Assembly (NCBI GenBank): GCA_038851565.1 | Contig: JAWCKV010000019.1 | Span: 1 to 17,361, forward strand | Direction: 5' to 3' | Source of the DNA: Candidatus Hadarchaeales archaeon | GTDB lineage: Archaea; Hadarchaeota; Hadarchaeia; Hadarchaeales; Hadarchaeaceae | DNA length: 17,361 nucleotides | Program-made: the position numbers and the translations under genes | Part shown: positions 17,360 through 17,361 of the stretch, in pieces | Position numbering within the stretch: the first letter of the stretch is position 1 | Layout: each line of letters opens with the position of its first letter | Notes under the pieces: model-generated | Seen by the model: the letters and a program-made list of their open reading frames with translations, nothing else | Database searches by the model: none | What the model was told of the DNA's origin: nothing

Positions 17360-17361
17360 TA

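Overview
Archaeal DNA, judged from TATA-like boxes about 25-30 nt upstream of several starts, GGAGGTGA-type RBSs, frequent ATA/AGG codons, archaeal-type LeuCD and a Ser-His signal peptidase. A Hadarchaeota-like source is only a guess. The right half (10072-17361) is ordinary housekeeping: leuC, leuD, two beta-decarboxylating dehydrogenases, ubiX, an M50 site-2 protease, tmk and a partial HD phosphohydrolase. The left half (1-9636) is an uncharacterised cell-surface locus. It encodes a 5'-truncated protein of over 1,460 aa that joins Ig-like repeats, a helical stalk and one TM helix to a cytoplasmic HerA/FtsK/VirB4-superfamily ATPase. It also encodes a membrane-anchored beta protein, a MinD-like ATPase paired with a coiled-coil protein, a tandem pair of S26 signal-peptidase homologues (one intact, one lacking the catalytic residues), and two convergent paralogous exported proteins. 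One paralogue carries an N-terminal Zn-ribbon and an internal RBS. Predicted exported regions are strongly enriched in the Glu-Asn dipeptide, and two or three genes appear to start at near-cognate codons. All motif and residue counts were made by eye; no database searches were run.
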